Source of the DNA: a virus
Virus record (IMG/VR): IMGVR_UViG_3300028581_002181
Span: 32,001 to 96,000 of that record
DNA: 64,000 bases
Strand: one strand, 5' to 3'
Below the pieces are notes generated by a model. The model saw only the letters and a list, made by a program, of their open reading frames with translations, had not been told where the DNA came from and searched no databases. Below are positions 20,121 through 30,001 of the stretch, piece by piece; position 1 is the stretch's first letter; the number at the start of each line of letters is the position of its first letter. The position numbers and the translations under genes are program-made.

Positions 20121-21106
20121 CTTAAAAGTTTTTTATTGCAATTAATTTCAGGCTGACAAGTACAATTTTTTCTTTCACATATTGTAGGTACAATATCTGG
20201 ATAAAATTTATCTGTAAAATCTTGATCTAATAGATTAAAATAATAATTTTTCATAAAAAGTCTATTGCCACAAGCTCCTTTAATACGTCCATCTTTGTCT
20301 ATTTGAATGGTATCTACACCCACGTGACACAACCATCCTTGAAAGTGATTTTGACCGTTTAAAGAAATATAGTTTTCTGAAACTTTTTTTTTGCTGTGAT
20401 TACTGAATAACACTGTGGGTGATCGATTAAATTTTTCAAATCTTCTTCTTTTTTTACTAAAAAAATACTGCATTAAAGAAGGTTCTCTTTTGTTACAGTG
20501 ACTGATATATTTTTTTTGTTCAGAATTGTATTCAACCGTGGCGTGATATATTTCTAACACGTTAATAGCCCATTTGTGATGACTATTTTTAAGTTGTTCT
20601 ACTATGTTCACACATTTATCCCAAACATGTGGATCCATCAGCACATTGGCATCCACAACTACTTTTTTACTGTGCAAAAGATCTGCCACAGCAATGATAT
20701 GTGGCACATCCACTCTTTCGTGATGACAGCTCAGCATCACAATGTCATTGTAATGACCATATTCTTCCCACCATCTCAGTGTGCGTGATCCATTGGTGCT
20801 GATGCTGATCAAACAGTTGAATTTTTCTTTAAAGTATTTGGTGAATTCTCCAAAATCTTTCCATATAGTGGGTTCTCCTCCTATGATATGCAGATAGAAA
20901 TCATTTTTGCCAATATTTTTTCTGTAATGTTCAATGAGATGAGAAAGATTTTTTTTAATCAATTCAAGATCGGGCCAACCATGTGTGCCTTCGTTGGATC
21001 CGGGAAAACAATACCAGCACTTGTAGTTGCATCTGTTGCTGAGAAATAATTCAATCCTCAAACTATCTTTGTGCTGATTACTGTGTATGGCTACTATATT
21101 TTCCAT
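20117..21106 (-). CDS. Radical SAM protein with C-terminal Cys cluster
   Basis: CNYKCWYC, IIGGEPT, STNGSR, CHVG...GAC...CERKNCTC. Confidence 0.9.
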   Translation of the reverse strand: MENIVAIHSNQHKDSLRIELFLSNRCNYKCWYCFPGSNEGTHGWPDLELIKKNLSHLIEHYRKNIGKNDFYLHIIGGEPTIWKDFGEFTKYFKEKFNCLISISTNGSRTLRWWEEYGHYNDIVMLSCHHERVDVPHIIAVADLLHSKKVVVDANVLMDPHVWDKCVNIVEQLKNSHHKWAINVLEIYHATVEYNSEQKKYISHCNKREPSLMQYFFSKKRRRFEKFNRSPTVLFSNHSKKKVSENYISLNGQNHFQGWLCHVGVDTIQIDKDGRIKGACGNRLFMKNYYFNLLDQDFTDKFYPDIVPTICERKNCTCQPEINCNKKLLS

Positions 21107-22113
21107 TTTGTGATCTGTGTTTCAGGCATGCAAAAACAAGCAGCAAAAGGACAAGTTACTGGTTTAATTTCTGGATCAAATGTGTCGATAAAATTTGTTT
21201 TTAAAATATTATGATAATAATTCAAACCATATAATTTTGCATTGCAGGCACCTTTAAGATCACCGTTCCAATCCACATATATGCTTTCTAACCCTATATT
21301 GCATTTCCAATCTTTAAATTCATTCCATCCTTCATTGATATAGGTACCAGGTCTAGCATATTTTGTAGAGCCTTCTGACATGGTGTATTTGCTTTCATAC
21401 AGTCTTATTTCGTCTTTGAGCAATTTTCGATTTTTCCAAAACCACCATAGACTAGGCCATCTCTTCAAATCTTTTTTTAAATATTGTAATTGTTTGTTGT
21501 CATATCGTTTGACTCCAGGAGCAATTTTGTTACTGATGTGATGTGGTTCAATTACCTCTGCCACCATGATAAACCAAGGATACTTACTGTGTTTTTTCAT
21601 TTTAGCAATGGCCTCTATACCTTGTGACCAGCGATCAGGATCCATAAGCACTTTGACTGTGACTTTGGATCCAGCTGCATACAATATATCTGACACTTCA
21701 ATCATGTGATCAACATCACCTTGTGCTAAATGCAAGGTAAGATGTGCATTATCTATCTCATTGGCATGTTCTTTCCACCATCTCACTGTGCGTGACCCGT
21801 TGGATATAAGGCTAATATAGGCATTATGTTTTTTTTTTATTTCGGCCATAAAAGTTCCTAAATCTTTCCACAATGTTGGTTCTCCACCTGCAATAAAAAA
21901 TTGAAATTTACTTTTGTTAAGTTTAACTTTATAAAAATTTAATAAATGATCCCAGTTCTTTATGACCAAATCTAAATCTTCAGGAGATCTATGCGTGCCT
22001 GTGTTGGCATCAGGAAAACAATAACGACACTGAAAATTGCAGACATTATTAGGATTCCAACGCACATTTAAAATATGTTTCTTTTGAGTGGAATCTATTC
22101 TTACAGGTTTCAT
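21094..22113 (-). CDS. Radical SAM protein with C-terminal Cys cluster
   Basis: CNFQCRYC, IAGGEPT, ISNGSR, CNIG...GAC...CPFAACFC. Confidence 0.9.
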   Translation of the reverse strand: MKPVRIDSTQKKHILNVRWNPNNVCNFQCRYCFPDANTGTHRSPEDLDLVIKNWDHLLNFYKVKLNKSKFQFFIAGGEPTLWKDLGTFMAEIKKKHNAYISLISNGSRTVRWWKEHANEIDNAHLTLHLAQGDVDHMIEVSDILYAAGSKVTVKVLMDPDRWSQGIEAIAKMKKHSKYPWFIMVAEVIEPHHISNKIAPGVKRYDNKQLQYLKKDLKRWPSLWWFWKNRKLLKDEIRLYESKYTMSEGSTKYARPGTYINEGWNEFKDWKCNIGLESIYVDWNGDLKGACNAKLYGLNYYHNILKTNFIDTFDPEIKPVTCPFAACFCMPETQITKWKI

Positions 22114-23579
22114 TTGATCAAGTGAGAAATTTCAGGAAAGGTCAATTGAAAATCAGTTTTTCTATGTTGATCCATCTTTTCTATATATTGTTTAAAATCC
22201 GGCAGTAAATTGGTGTGATCTGTAGCATCCATCCAGTCCAGTATGCCTTCCCAACGTTTCCAACCATATGGATTTTTTTCCCAAAACTCCGAGTCCTGAG
22301 TATAATGATTCCATAACCATTCTTTTAATTCAGCAAACAGTTGTCGTACATGAGCTTTGTCTTCTTTAGGTAACACACGTATGGATAACCATGTGGGTAT
22401 CCACAAAAGATGCACCCCTACTAGACCACCTCCAGTAATTTGTCCTGCAGCGTTCGTGTCAAAATTTAATTTTTTAAATCCACAGCTGATTTTCCATTTG
22501 ATAAAATCTGGCACATGTTTAATGTTTAATATCTGCACAGCCAATGCAATGTTAGTCTGTATTTTTTCACTGGTGCGTTCAAGACGCCATAGATTTTTTT
22601 CTACCTGAGATGAATCGGTAGGAAAGCGTATGTAATGCAAACGATCACCTATGGCATCCATGCTTATGCCCACCTTAACTTTTTTAAATTGCTCCCAAAT
22701 TTCTATTATTTCTTCATTGATCAATGTGCCATTGGTGTTGTAACGTAAACCTATCTTGTGAGCATGTCCTCTTTTAATAATTTCTTGTAGGAAAGCCTTG
22801 TGTTCTTTTATTAATAATGGTTCACCGCCTGCAAAATATAATTGTTTTATGTGGGGTATTTGTTCATAGATCTGCTCCCAAAAAGCAGGATTTTCATGCC
22901 AGCGGTTATCAAAATCATCCTGCTGCCAACTCATTTGTTTTTTTATTAATTCGCTAGTGAACAGAGGATATACTGTTTTGTGATCATTTACCCATTGACT
23001 GGAATCATGAGGCGAACACATGATGCATTTTAAGTTGCAGGTGTGACCTAATCTCAAATCAAGATATTGTAATTTATGCGGCACTGTTCCATCTTCTTGG
23101 GTTTCTCTTATGAGTTCTTTGATGTCTGTTTGCTCCTGCAGATACCAAGTGCCTGTTTCCCAAACTCGTTTACTAACTATACCTTTGTCTTCTTCATCAA
23201 AACATTTTGTGCAGCTGGCAGGTATTTGTCCAGACAACATTAATTTTCTTACAGATTTCATGTAGTCGTTGTTGAATGCTGCCGTGGGCAAATCTTTGCC
23301 AAAGTTTGCAGGCTCACCATCTTCTTTTTTGACCAGTCCTACTTTGTAGTCTCCACTGTCTGCTCCGCTAGCGTTAGCCACACAACATATTCTCATGTCA
23401 CCATTGGGTCTAGTGGCTAGGTGTATCCATGGCAAAATACAAAAACTAGCACTGCCAGATATCTGTTTAATTTTTTCTTTCCACTCTAAAAGTTGTGAAT
23501 TTTTTTGGTCTTTATGGGTCGGCAGCAATTTTTCCGCAGCAACTTCATCGACAGATTCTGATTGTTCTATATAAGACAT
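22110..23579 (-). CDS. Radical SAM protein with N-terminal twitch domain
   Basis: FCILPWIHL...RICC...CTKC before CNLKCIMC; FAGGEP; YNTNG. Confidence 0.9.
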   Translation of the reverse strand: MSYIEQSESVDEVAAEKLLPTHKDQKNSQLLEWKEKIKQISGSASFCILPWIHLATRPNGDMRICCVANASGADSGDYKVGLVKKEDGEPANFGKDLPTAAFNNDYMKSVRKLMLSGQIPASCTKCFDEEDKGIVSKRVWETGTWYLQEQTDIKELIRETQEDGTVPHKLQYLDLRLGHTCNLKCIMCSPHDSSQWVNDHKTVYPLFTSELIKKQMSWQQDDFDNRWHENPAFWEQIYEQIPHIKQLYFAGGEPLLIKEHKAFLQEIIKRGHAHKIGLRYNTNGTLINEEIIEIWEQFKKVKVGISMDAIGDRLHYIRFPTDSSQVEKNLWRLERTSEKIQTNIALAVQILNIKHVPDFIKWKISCGFKKLNFDTNAAGQITGGGLVGVHLLWIPTWLSIRVLPKEDKAHVRQLFAELKEWLWNHYTQDSEFWEKNPYGWKRWEGILDWMDATDHTNLLPDFKQYIEKMDQHRKTDFQLTFPEISHLIK

Positions 23580-23591
23580 GTTATCAAAGTA

Positions 23592-23635
23592 TATTTACCT
23601 TAATTAAATGCCCACATAATATTTTGCGATAAATA
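23592..23635. promoter_or_regulatory. Divergent late-promoter cores (GTAAATA on -, ATAAATA on +)
   Basis: tatttac 23592-23598 and ATAAATA 23629-23635 in the 61-bp gap between divergent genes. Confidence 0.55.
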
Positions 23636-23640
23636 TCAAT

Positions 23641-24339
23641 ATGCTCCAAAAATTAGATGTAATACTATCAGCTCAAGATATTTTGAAAAATTTACCAAAA
23701 TTCAACACTGAACACAAAGACGAAGAAGTATTCATGTGTAAGACTTGGATGAATGATCCAACAGGAGATTTCTTCTATGACCCTTGGAAGTTAAAATCAG
23801 AGTGGCAAACCAAAGAACTAGTGCAACTTTTTAATACTTTAGGACCAGTGGGTGAAGCAAGAATAATTGTAATGAAACCAGGATTCACTTATCTTGCACA
23901 TTCCGATATTGATGACAGATATCATGTGACATTGCAGGGAGAACACAGCTATTTGATTGATTTGGTGAACACAAAAATGTATCCTACTTTGACCGATAAT
24001 TGTTGTTATCTTATGGATACTGCACACATACACACTGCTGTGAATTTTGGATATCTAGATAGAATTCAATTGGTAATAAGAAAATTACTTGAACGTGGTC
24101 AAATTAGAAATCGTGCTCATGTAAAAATTAAAGCAGAAAATCCTCCATACAACAGTAGATATCTTTTTGATAATTCTTTTTCAGTATGGCTCAACAAAGC
24201 AAATAAGAAAAAAATACTTGATAACTTTGTGACAATTTCACAAGAAGAAGTTTCATTGGATTTAGAAAGAGAATACTTGGAAGAATTAAAAAATATTTCA
24301 AATCATTGCGGATTTGCAGTGCAAATTACACATGATTAA
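23641..24339 (+). CDS. Fe(II)/2OG oxygenase-like protein
   Basis: ARIIVMKPG..YLAHSDID.RYH...HIHTAVNFG..RIQLV. Confidence 0.65.
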   Translation: MLQKLDVILSAQDILKNLPKFNTEHKDEEVFMCKTWMNDPTGDFFYDPWKLKSEWQTKELVQLFNTLGPVGEARIIVMKPGFTYLAHSDIDDRYHVTLQGEHSYLIDLVNTKMYPTLTDNCCYLMDTAHIHTAVNFGYLDRIQLVIRKLLERGQIRNRAHVKIKAENPPYNSRYLFDNSFSVWLNKANKKKILDNFVTISQEEVSLDLEREYLEELKNISNHCGFAVQITHD

Positions 24340-24377
24340 CAATTAAACTGATCAAGTACATTCAAATACACATTTAG

Positions 24378-25559
24378 ATGAATATTTCAAAAAAAATATT
24401 ACCAAACATAGGAGTAATAGGTGTTGGTCGCATTGGTCTTTGTTATGCATTACTTTTAGACCAAACTGGATATCAAGTGTATGCTTACGATATCAACACA
24501 GCTCATATAGAAAATTTAAAACAAGGTGTGGTGGATATTAACGAGCCAGATGTTTATAATTTGCTTGAAAATAATCACATAGTTTTTACCAACAATGCTC
24601 AAAAAATATTTCAAAATTGTGAAATAATTTATATTATGGTGCCTACTCCAAGTAACGCTGATGGAAGTTATGATATTTCTAAAGTTCAAAGTATTATCAA
24701 ACAAATATGTGAATGTAATTTAGATATAAAAGAAAAAATAATAGTTGTGGGCAGCACAGTAAATCCTGGAGATTGTAAAATATTAGAAAAACAATTGCAA
24801 GCATATCATGCGGGTTTGTTGTACAATCCAGTATTCACAGCTCAAGGTTCTATAATAAAAGACCTACAACAAGCAGAGATGGTATTAATAGGTGGAGAAT
24901 CTAATAAGGTTATAAAAAAATATCAACAGATTTATTTTGACATACAAACCATAAAACCAAACATACATGTATTGAGTTTGACCGCAGCAGAGATAGCAAA
25001 AATAGCTGTAAATTGTTACTTAACTACTAAAATATCTTTTGCAAATATTTTAGGAGAAATTTTAATCATGTCTAAACTGGATAATGAAGTTGATCTCACA
25101 TTAGATATGATAGGTTCAGATACAAGAATAGGAAAAAAATTTTTTAAATATGGACTAGGATATGGGGGACCATGTCTACCTAGAGATAATAGAGCACTGT
25201 CTCATTATGCGTCTAAAGTTGGAATAAAATTTGCTTTGGGTGATACTGTTGATCAATTTAACCAACAACATACCTTATTCTTAGCAGATTTTTTTGCAAA
25301 AAAAAATGTAGAAAATTTGCCATTTTATTTTAAAACCGTATCTTACAAATCAAACGTTACGGATATTGAACAAAGCCAATTATATTTGCTGTGTTGTAAA
25401 TTGTTAGAAAAAGGATTTATGGTATATATTGAGCCTATTCCTGCTTTACCCAACGAAATTCAAACATCATTGCAACAAAAATTTCAAGATTTAATTGCAT
25501 TTGTTACTATTACTGACCTACACAGCAGTAATAAAAAAATATTTGAAATTTTTATTTGA
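24378..25559 (+). CDS. ugd: UDP-glucose/GDP-mannose dehydrogenase family protein
   Basis: IGVIGVGRIG Rossmann motif, VPTP, GSTV, KIAVNCYLTTKISFAN, GYGGPCLPRD catalytic Cys motif. Confidence 0.9.
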   Translation: MNISKKILPNIGVIGVGRIGLCYALLLDQTGYQVYAYDINTAHIENLKQGVVDINEPDVYNLLENNHIVFTNNAQKIFQNCEIIYIMVPTPSNADGSYDISKVQSIIKQICECNLDIKEKIIVVGSTVNPGDCKILEKQLQAYHAGLLYNPVFTAQGSIIKDLQQAEMVLIGGESNKVIKKYQQIYFDIQTIKPNIHVLSLTAAEIAKIAVNCYLTTKISFANILGEILIMSKLDNEVDLTLDMIGSDTRIGKKFFKYGLGYGGPCLPRDNRALSHYASKVGIKFALGDTVDQFNQQHTLFLADFFAKKNVENLPFYFKTVSYKSNVTDIEQSQLYLLCCKLLEKGFMVYIEPIPALPNEIQTSLQQKFQDLIAFVTITDLHSSNKKIFEIFI

Positions 25560-25635
25560 TTATCATAAACCTGTGGTAATCTATAATAGCCTACATGGAC
25601 CAATGGTACAAATAAGTATTGAATAAACATTAATT

Positions 25636-26271
25636 ATGATAGAATACTGGAATAACTTTTACAAGCACGAACTAGGCACATTAGCCATTGCTAATTTGGT
25701 ATACGAGCCTTTGATCAGTCCTAACAAAAACATATTCAAAATGAATTTTAATAAAAATGAATATTTTGTCAATTCCAATATGACTGATGATCTTAGACAA
25801 AATTGGTTTTCAAGGGAAATTAATTATATGGAAAAATTAAAAAATAAACCATATGCTCCTGAAATTTTAAACATTGATCACAGAAATAGAACCATTGAAT
25901 TTAAATGGTATGATCGCAGTGTGAGTAAACTTATACACACTGGTGAAATATCCACAGTGCCCAACTGGCAACAACAGATCAAAGACATCGTTGCTGATTT
26001 AATGTCAGAAAACATACGCAAATCTAATCTTTATCCTCACACTTTTTATTTGGATCATCATAATCATATTCGCATTATGGATTTGTATGGTTGCAGCAGC
26101 ACTGAAGATAGATATGTGTCCAAAGAATTGTTGACTTCAATACTTTTTGATTCTACTCATCCTAGATTTGCTCAAAGTCTTACAGGAGCAATGTATGATA
26201 CTTTTAAACTGTATGAATTAACTATAAAAATGAATTATGGTGAATGGCCGGGAGATTTTTTAAATGCTTGA
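25636..26271 (+). CDS. Protein-kinase-like fold protein (degenerate)
   Basis: YAPEIL...IEFKWY; KSNLYP...IRIMDLYG resembles the catalytic-loop/DFG region. Confidence 0.4.
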   Translation: MIEYWNNFYKHELGTLAIANLVYEPLISPNKNIFKMNFNKNEYFVNSNMTDDLRQNWFSREINYMEKLKNKPYAPEILNIDHRNRTIEFKWYDRSVSKLIHTGEISTVPNWQQQIKDIVADLMSENIRKSNLYPHTFYLDHHNHIRIMDLYGCSSTEDRYVSKELLTSILFDSTHPRFAQSLTGAMYDTFKLYELTIKMNYGEWPGDFLNA

Positions 26272-26800
26272 ATACATGGGTAATAGTATGCACGTGATTG
26301 ATTGGGATTCTGTAATTAAAGAAGTTCAAGACCAAGAAGGAAAATGTGCCTGCAAGTATCTTCCTGTAAAAGAAGTTGCAGAACTTAAAGAGATCGACGA
26401 TGCACTGGGTAATTATTGTAGAGATTCCATTGAGTGGATCAATTATTATCCAGGCAAAGAATTTTCTATGGACATAGCTCATAAGTTTGGAGACTTTGTA
26501 AAAATGCCCAGAATGATTAAATGTTGGATATCCAAAGTGTTGCCTGGTAAAACTGCACCGTGGCATTGGGACTGGGACGTAGATTGGAAAAAATATTTAG
26601 AAAATGGTCAACCAATAAGATTCACAGCAATGATTAATCCTCCTGCTGTGGGTCATGTGTTTATTGTAGGAGACCAAGCATTATACAATGAAAAACAAGG
26701 TGATGTTCACAAATGGTCTGATTTTAGATCTTATCACGCAGGCACCAATTGTGGATTGGTTCCTAAATTTAATTTTAATTATTTGGCATACGCAGAATGA
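26264..26800 (+). CDS. Fe(II)/2OG oxygenase-like (cupin) protein
   Basis: WISKVLPGKTAPWHWD...YHAG.N.G....F. Confidence 0.65.
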   Translation: MLEYMGNSMHVIDWDSVIKEVQDQEGKCACKYLPVKEVAELKEIDDALGNYCRDSIEWINYYPGKEFSMDIAHKFGDFVKMPRMIKCWISKVLPGKTAPWHWDWDVDWKKYLENGQPIRFTAMINPPAVGHVFIVGDQALYNEKQGDVHKWSDFRSYHAGTNCGLVPKFNFNYLAYAE

Positions 26801-27354
26801 AAAATTATATTGGTAATTGTTCTCAAATAATAGATTGGCCCAGTGTGTTGTACTCTGTGCAAAATTCTAAACCTGCTTATCAAGGACCTAGACATAAAAA
26901 AGGACAAGATTTGCCTGGCATAGCTGAAATAAGTTCTTCTTGGGAAAAGGCTGGATACAAATTATTATCAGAAGGTGGAACCATTGGATGGGATATGTGT
27001 GTGCCTGAAGATAACTTTGATCGAAAAATTGTTGATCAATTTGCAGATTACGTGAATGTTGACCCTTTAAGCTGTTGGGTAAGTGTGATTCACCAAGGCT
27101 GTCATGCGCCGTGGCATTGGGACACTCAAGACAATGAGCAAGAGCTAAGAAAAATGGGAAATATAGAAAGATTTCATTGTCATATGGAAGATACTTTTCC
27201 AGGTCATGTGTTGATAGTAGAAAATGATTTATTTTATAATGCAAAGCAAGGAGATGTGTATAAATGGCCTGACAGAAATGCCTGGCACGCAGGTTCCAAC
27301 TGTGGTCAAAGACCTAAATATATTTTTAATTTTTTTGGAAAAAGTCGTACATGA
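26797..27354 (+). CDS. Fe(II)/2OG oxygenase-like (cupin) protein, paralog
   Basis: WVSVIHQGCHAPWHWD...WHAGSNCG..PKYIF. Confidence 0.65.
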   Translation: MKNYIGNCSQIIDWPSVLYSVQNSKPAYQGPRHKKGQDLPGIAEISSSWEKAGYKLLSEGGTIGWDMCVPEDNFDRKIVDQFADYVNVDPLSCWVSVIHQGCHAPWHWDTQDNEQELRKMGNIERFHCHMEDTFPGHVLIVENDLFYNAKQGDVYKWPDRNAWHAGSNCGQRPKYIFNFFGKSRT

Positions 27355-27905
27355 AAATTTTAATGACTGGCCATACTTCCCCTATAGGAAGTGTTTTGTT
27401 TGAACATCTATCTTTCACACACCAAGTCACTGGCATATCTAGGCAAAGTGGGTATGATTTAAATAAATTTGAAGATATTCAAAAAATTATAAACGACAGC
27501 ACAAATTATGATCATTTTATAAATTTAGCACACGTGGGAGATGCACAATGTCAATTGTTATCTTTAATTTATAAAAAATGGAGTGAAGTAAATCATTTGG
27601 GAAAGATAATTTCTTTTGGTACACTGGGTACTGAATTGCCAGAAGACATTTTAAAAAAAACTGGCACAGATTTAGATTATTTTAAAAAAAAAATACATTT
27701 AGAAAATATACACAAATGTTTGTCTATTCAAAAAATATTTGGCATTCAACCACAAAGTGTGTTGATTAGAATTTTAAATTTTGGAAAAAAAACTGGTTCA
27801 AGGCAGGGTGAACCTAGCTGCAATAAAGAAGAAATAATTAGAACTGTTGATTACGTATTAAATGAAACTTTATATATAAGCAAGATTGATTTAAGAAAAA
27901 TTTAA
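27351..27905 (+). CDS. Short-chain dehydrogenase/reductase-like protein
   Basis: KILMTGHTSPIG Rossmann-like start, FINLA, Y...K (YFKKK). Confidence 0.6.
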   Translation: MKILMTGHTSPIGSVLFEHLSFTHQVTGISRQSGYDLNKFEDIQKIINDSTNYDHFINLAHVGDAQCQLLSLIYKKWSEVNHLGKIISFGTLGTELPEDILKKTGTDLDYFKKKIHLENIHKCLSIQKIFGIQPQSVLIRILNFGKKTGSRQGEPSCNKEEIIRTVDYVLNETLYISKIDLRKI

Positions 27906-28708
27906 TAATTACTTAGATGATCTATGCCTAATTTTTTTCTAAATTCATCAGTGAACACACAATCAATACGTAATCCATACTCTTGTTCTTTATTAATTTC
28001 TCCTCCATGCCAATCTTGATCGTTCCAAAAAGCAGCATTAGAATTAATATACACTTTGTTCTTTGATTCAGGATTCCAGATATAGAATCCTCGTTTAGTA
28101 TTATGTCTTATGTGTATGAATTCATTTCGGTGATCACTGTAACCTTGCTGATTGCCATGTTTTCCGTCTAGATCTCTGTGTTCAAAAGGCTGACCGTCAT
28201 GTTCACAATGAAAAAATATCACTCTACCTATACGACTAATAATTTGTTGTGTAAGTAAATTTTTTATCCAAATGACCAATCCTGGAAAATATTTACTTTC
28301 TTCAGTAATCTGTCTTTCTGAATTTCTATGGTCCCAATCTCCTTCGTTCCATAGAAAGTAATATATGTAAGGATCTTTGGCACCCAGCACTGCTTTGAGA
28401 TAGCGTGTGAACTGATTTCTTGTGCGATAATCTTTGATATTGGCATAAAGATCATCACCATTTTTTCTAATAGGATGATCTGCGGAAAGAGCAAGATATT
28501 CTTTTACAGCCATATAAATTGGTTTCCAATTCAATTGATAACTCATGTCCTGCAGATTGAATCCTGGCGACATCCAAGTGCCTTCTTTGGCATATTCTCT
28601 AGCCAGAGCAAAACCTCTACATATTTCCGGATGTAATTTTCTAAAACCTTCTATGTCAAGATGTTGATCTAGAGCAATGTATGGTTTTCCACCAATTCCT
28701 CTTATCAT
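27902..28708 (-). CDS. Oxygenase-like (HxD...H) protein
   Basis: IGRVIFF...PFEHRD...FWNDQDWHGG...RID; start reassigned to ATG 28708 next to a late core. Confidence 0.5.
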   Translation of the reverse strand: MIRGIGGKPYIALDQHLDIEGFRKLHPEICRGFALAREYAKEGTWMSPGFNLQDMSYQLNWKPIYMAVKEYLALSADHPIRKNGDDLYANIKDYRTRNQFTRYLKAVLGAKDPYIYYFLWNEGDWDHRNSERQITEESKYFPGLVIWIKNLLTQQIISRIGRVIFFHCEHDGQPFEHRDLDGKHGNQQGYSDHRNEFIHIRHNTKRGFYIWNPESKNKVYINSNAAFWNDQDWHGGEINKEQEYGLRIDCVFTDEFRKKLGIDHLSNY

Positions 28709-28713
28709 ACAGA

Positions 28714-28729
28714 TATTTATTTGTAAATA
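28714..28729. promoter_or_regulatory. Back-to-back late-promoter cores (ATAAATA on -, GTAAATA on +)
   Basis: tatttat 28714-28720 and GTAAATA 28723-28729 between divergent starts at 28708 and 28748. Confidence 0.55.
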
Positions 28730-28747
28730 CATCAGCAATTAATTATT

Positions 28748-29320
28748 ATGGCTTTCAAACTTATACCATATTCCGACAATTTAGATCTCAGTGAATTTTA
28801 CAGCATAGCCAAAAACAAAGGCTTTGTGAATAATTCAACCAAAAAGATGTTGGTGGATTCTTTATCTAACGAAGAAAAATTTCAAGTTTGGATGCTGATG
28901 TGGGATGACAGAGTAATTGGATCCAGTGCAGCACACACTTTTCCTGAAATGGGTGCTGATAGTTTCCGCATAGCTTGTCGTATTTGTACCTTTACAGACT
29001 GTTTGCCTAAAGAATACCAAATGGTGCGAACAAGAGACACCATTAGATATCATCAAACCACAACTCAACAATTTTTTCAACCAGCAGGTATTAATTGGGC
29101 TGGCATAGGAAAAAATTATTATGTTACCACTAATAAAAATACTGACGGCACACAGAGACTGGTGCATTCTATTGTGGCTCCTACTTTGGAAAGTGTTGGT
29201 GTTTACACAAGAATCACCGACATGATGTACCGAGGAACCATACAGACTGTGTGGCGTGTGAATGCAGATGTGTATTTTGATCAATTAAAAAAAGTTAAAT
29301 CATGGCCCACATATGAATAG
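28748..29320 (+). CDS. Hypothetical protein, possibly GNAT-like
   Basis: 190 aa; VWMLMWDDRVIGSSA beta-hairpin resembles the GNAT core; weak evidence. Confidence 0.4.
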   Translation: MAFKLIPYSDNLDLSEFYSIAKNKGFVNNSTKKMLVDSLSNEEKFQVWMLMWDDRVIGSSAAHTFPEMGADSFRIACRICTFTDCLPKEYQMVRTRDTIRYHQTTTQQFFQPAGINWAGIGKNYYVTTNKNTDGTQRLVHSIVAPTLESVGVYTRITDMMYRGTIQTVWRVNADVYFDQLKKVKSWPTYE

Positions 29321-29999
29321 ATACAATTACTACTACAATAATGTACCAGGTCAAGGATTGTGCAGGAACAATCTTGTGTACACCAGTCTTATAAATCAAA
29401 ACAAAACAGAATTTGTGCAATGGTTTCACAATGACACAGAATATCATCGTGGACAAAATGAAGTGATGGATCCCATTCTGATGGAACAAAAATGGCAGAG
29501 AGAAGTGGACATGCTGCTGATGATGCATCACAATTTTCCAAAACACATTCCTGACATATTAGAACTGGACTATGACAATAAAAAAATTATCTATGGCATT
29601 GATGGTGTGGATTTTTGGGAACAGAGTCACACAGTGGGCATGGATGCAGTGCTGCCCAACTGGCGTGAACAGATGCTGGAAATTATGCAAGCACACAAAA
29701 CACTGGGATTATACAAGTATAGTCTACACCCCAGCAGTTACTTTGTGGTGGAAGGCAAATTAAAAAGTGTGAATTATTTCTTCTGCTATCATAAAAGTGA
29801 ACCATTTATCACAGTGCAGGATCATCTCAGTCATATATCACATGAAAGAAGACAATATTTACTGCCCAAAATGAAAGAAATGCACATTGACATGAACATT
29901 CCCACAGATTTTGCCAGCTTGCAGGTATTGTGTTTGGAAAGTTTTAGAAACAATTACCCCAAGGACTTTATAGATGCTGCCATAGCACTGTACAAATAA
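29313..29999 (+). CDS. Protein-kinase-like fold protein (degenerate paralog)
   Basis: WQREVDML...IPDILELD...YKYSLHPSSYF; similar layout to 25636-26271. Confidence 0.4.
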   Translation: MNRYNYYYNNVPGQGLCRNNLVYTSLINQNKTEFVQWFHNDTEYHRGQNEVMDPILMEQKWQREVDMLLMMHHNFPKHIPDILELDYDNKKIIYGIDGVDFWEQSHTVGMDAVLPNWREQMLEIMQAHKTLGLYKYSLHPSSYFVVEGKLKSVNYFFCYHKSEPFITVQDHLSHISHERRQYLLPKMKEMHIDMNIPTDFASLQVLCLESFRNNYPKDFIDAAIALYK

Positions 30000-30001
30000 T
30001 C

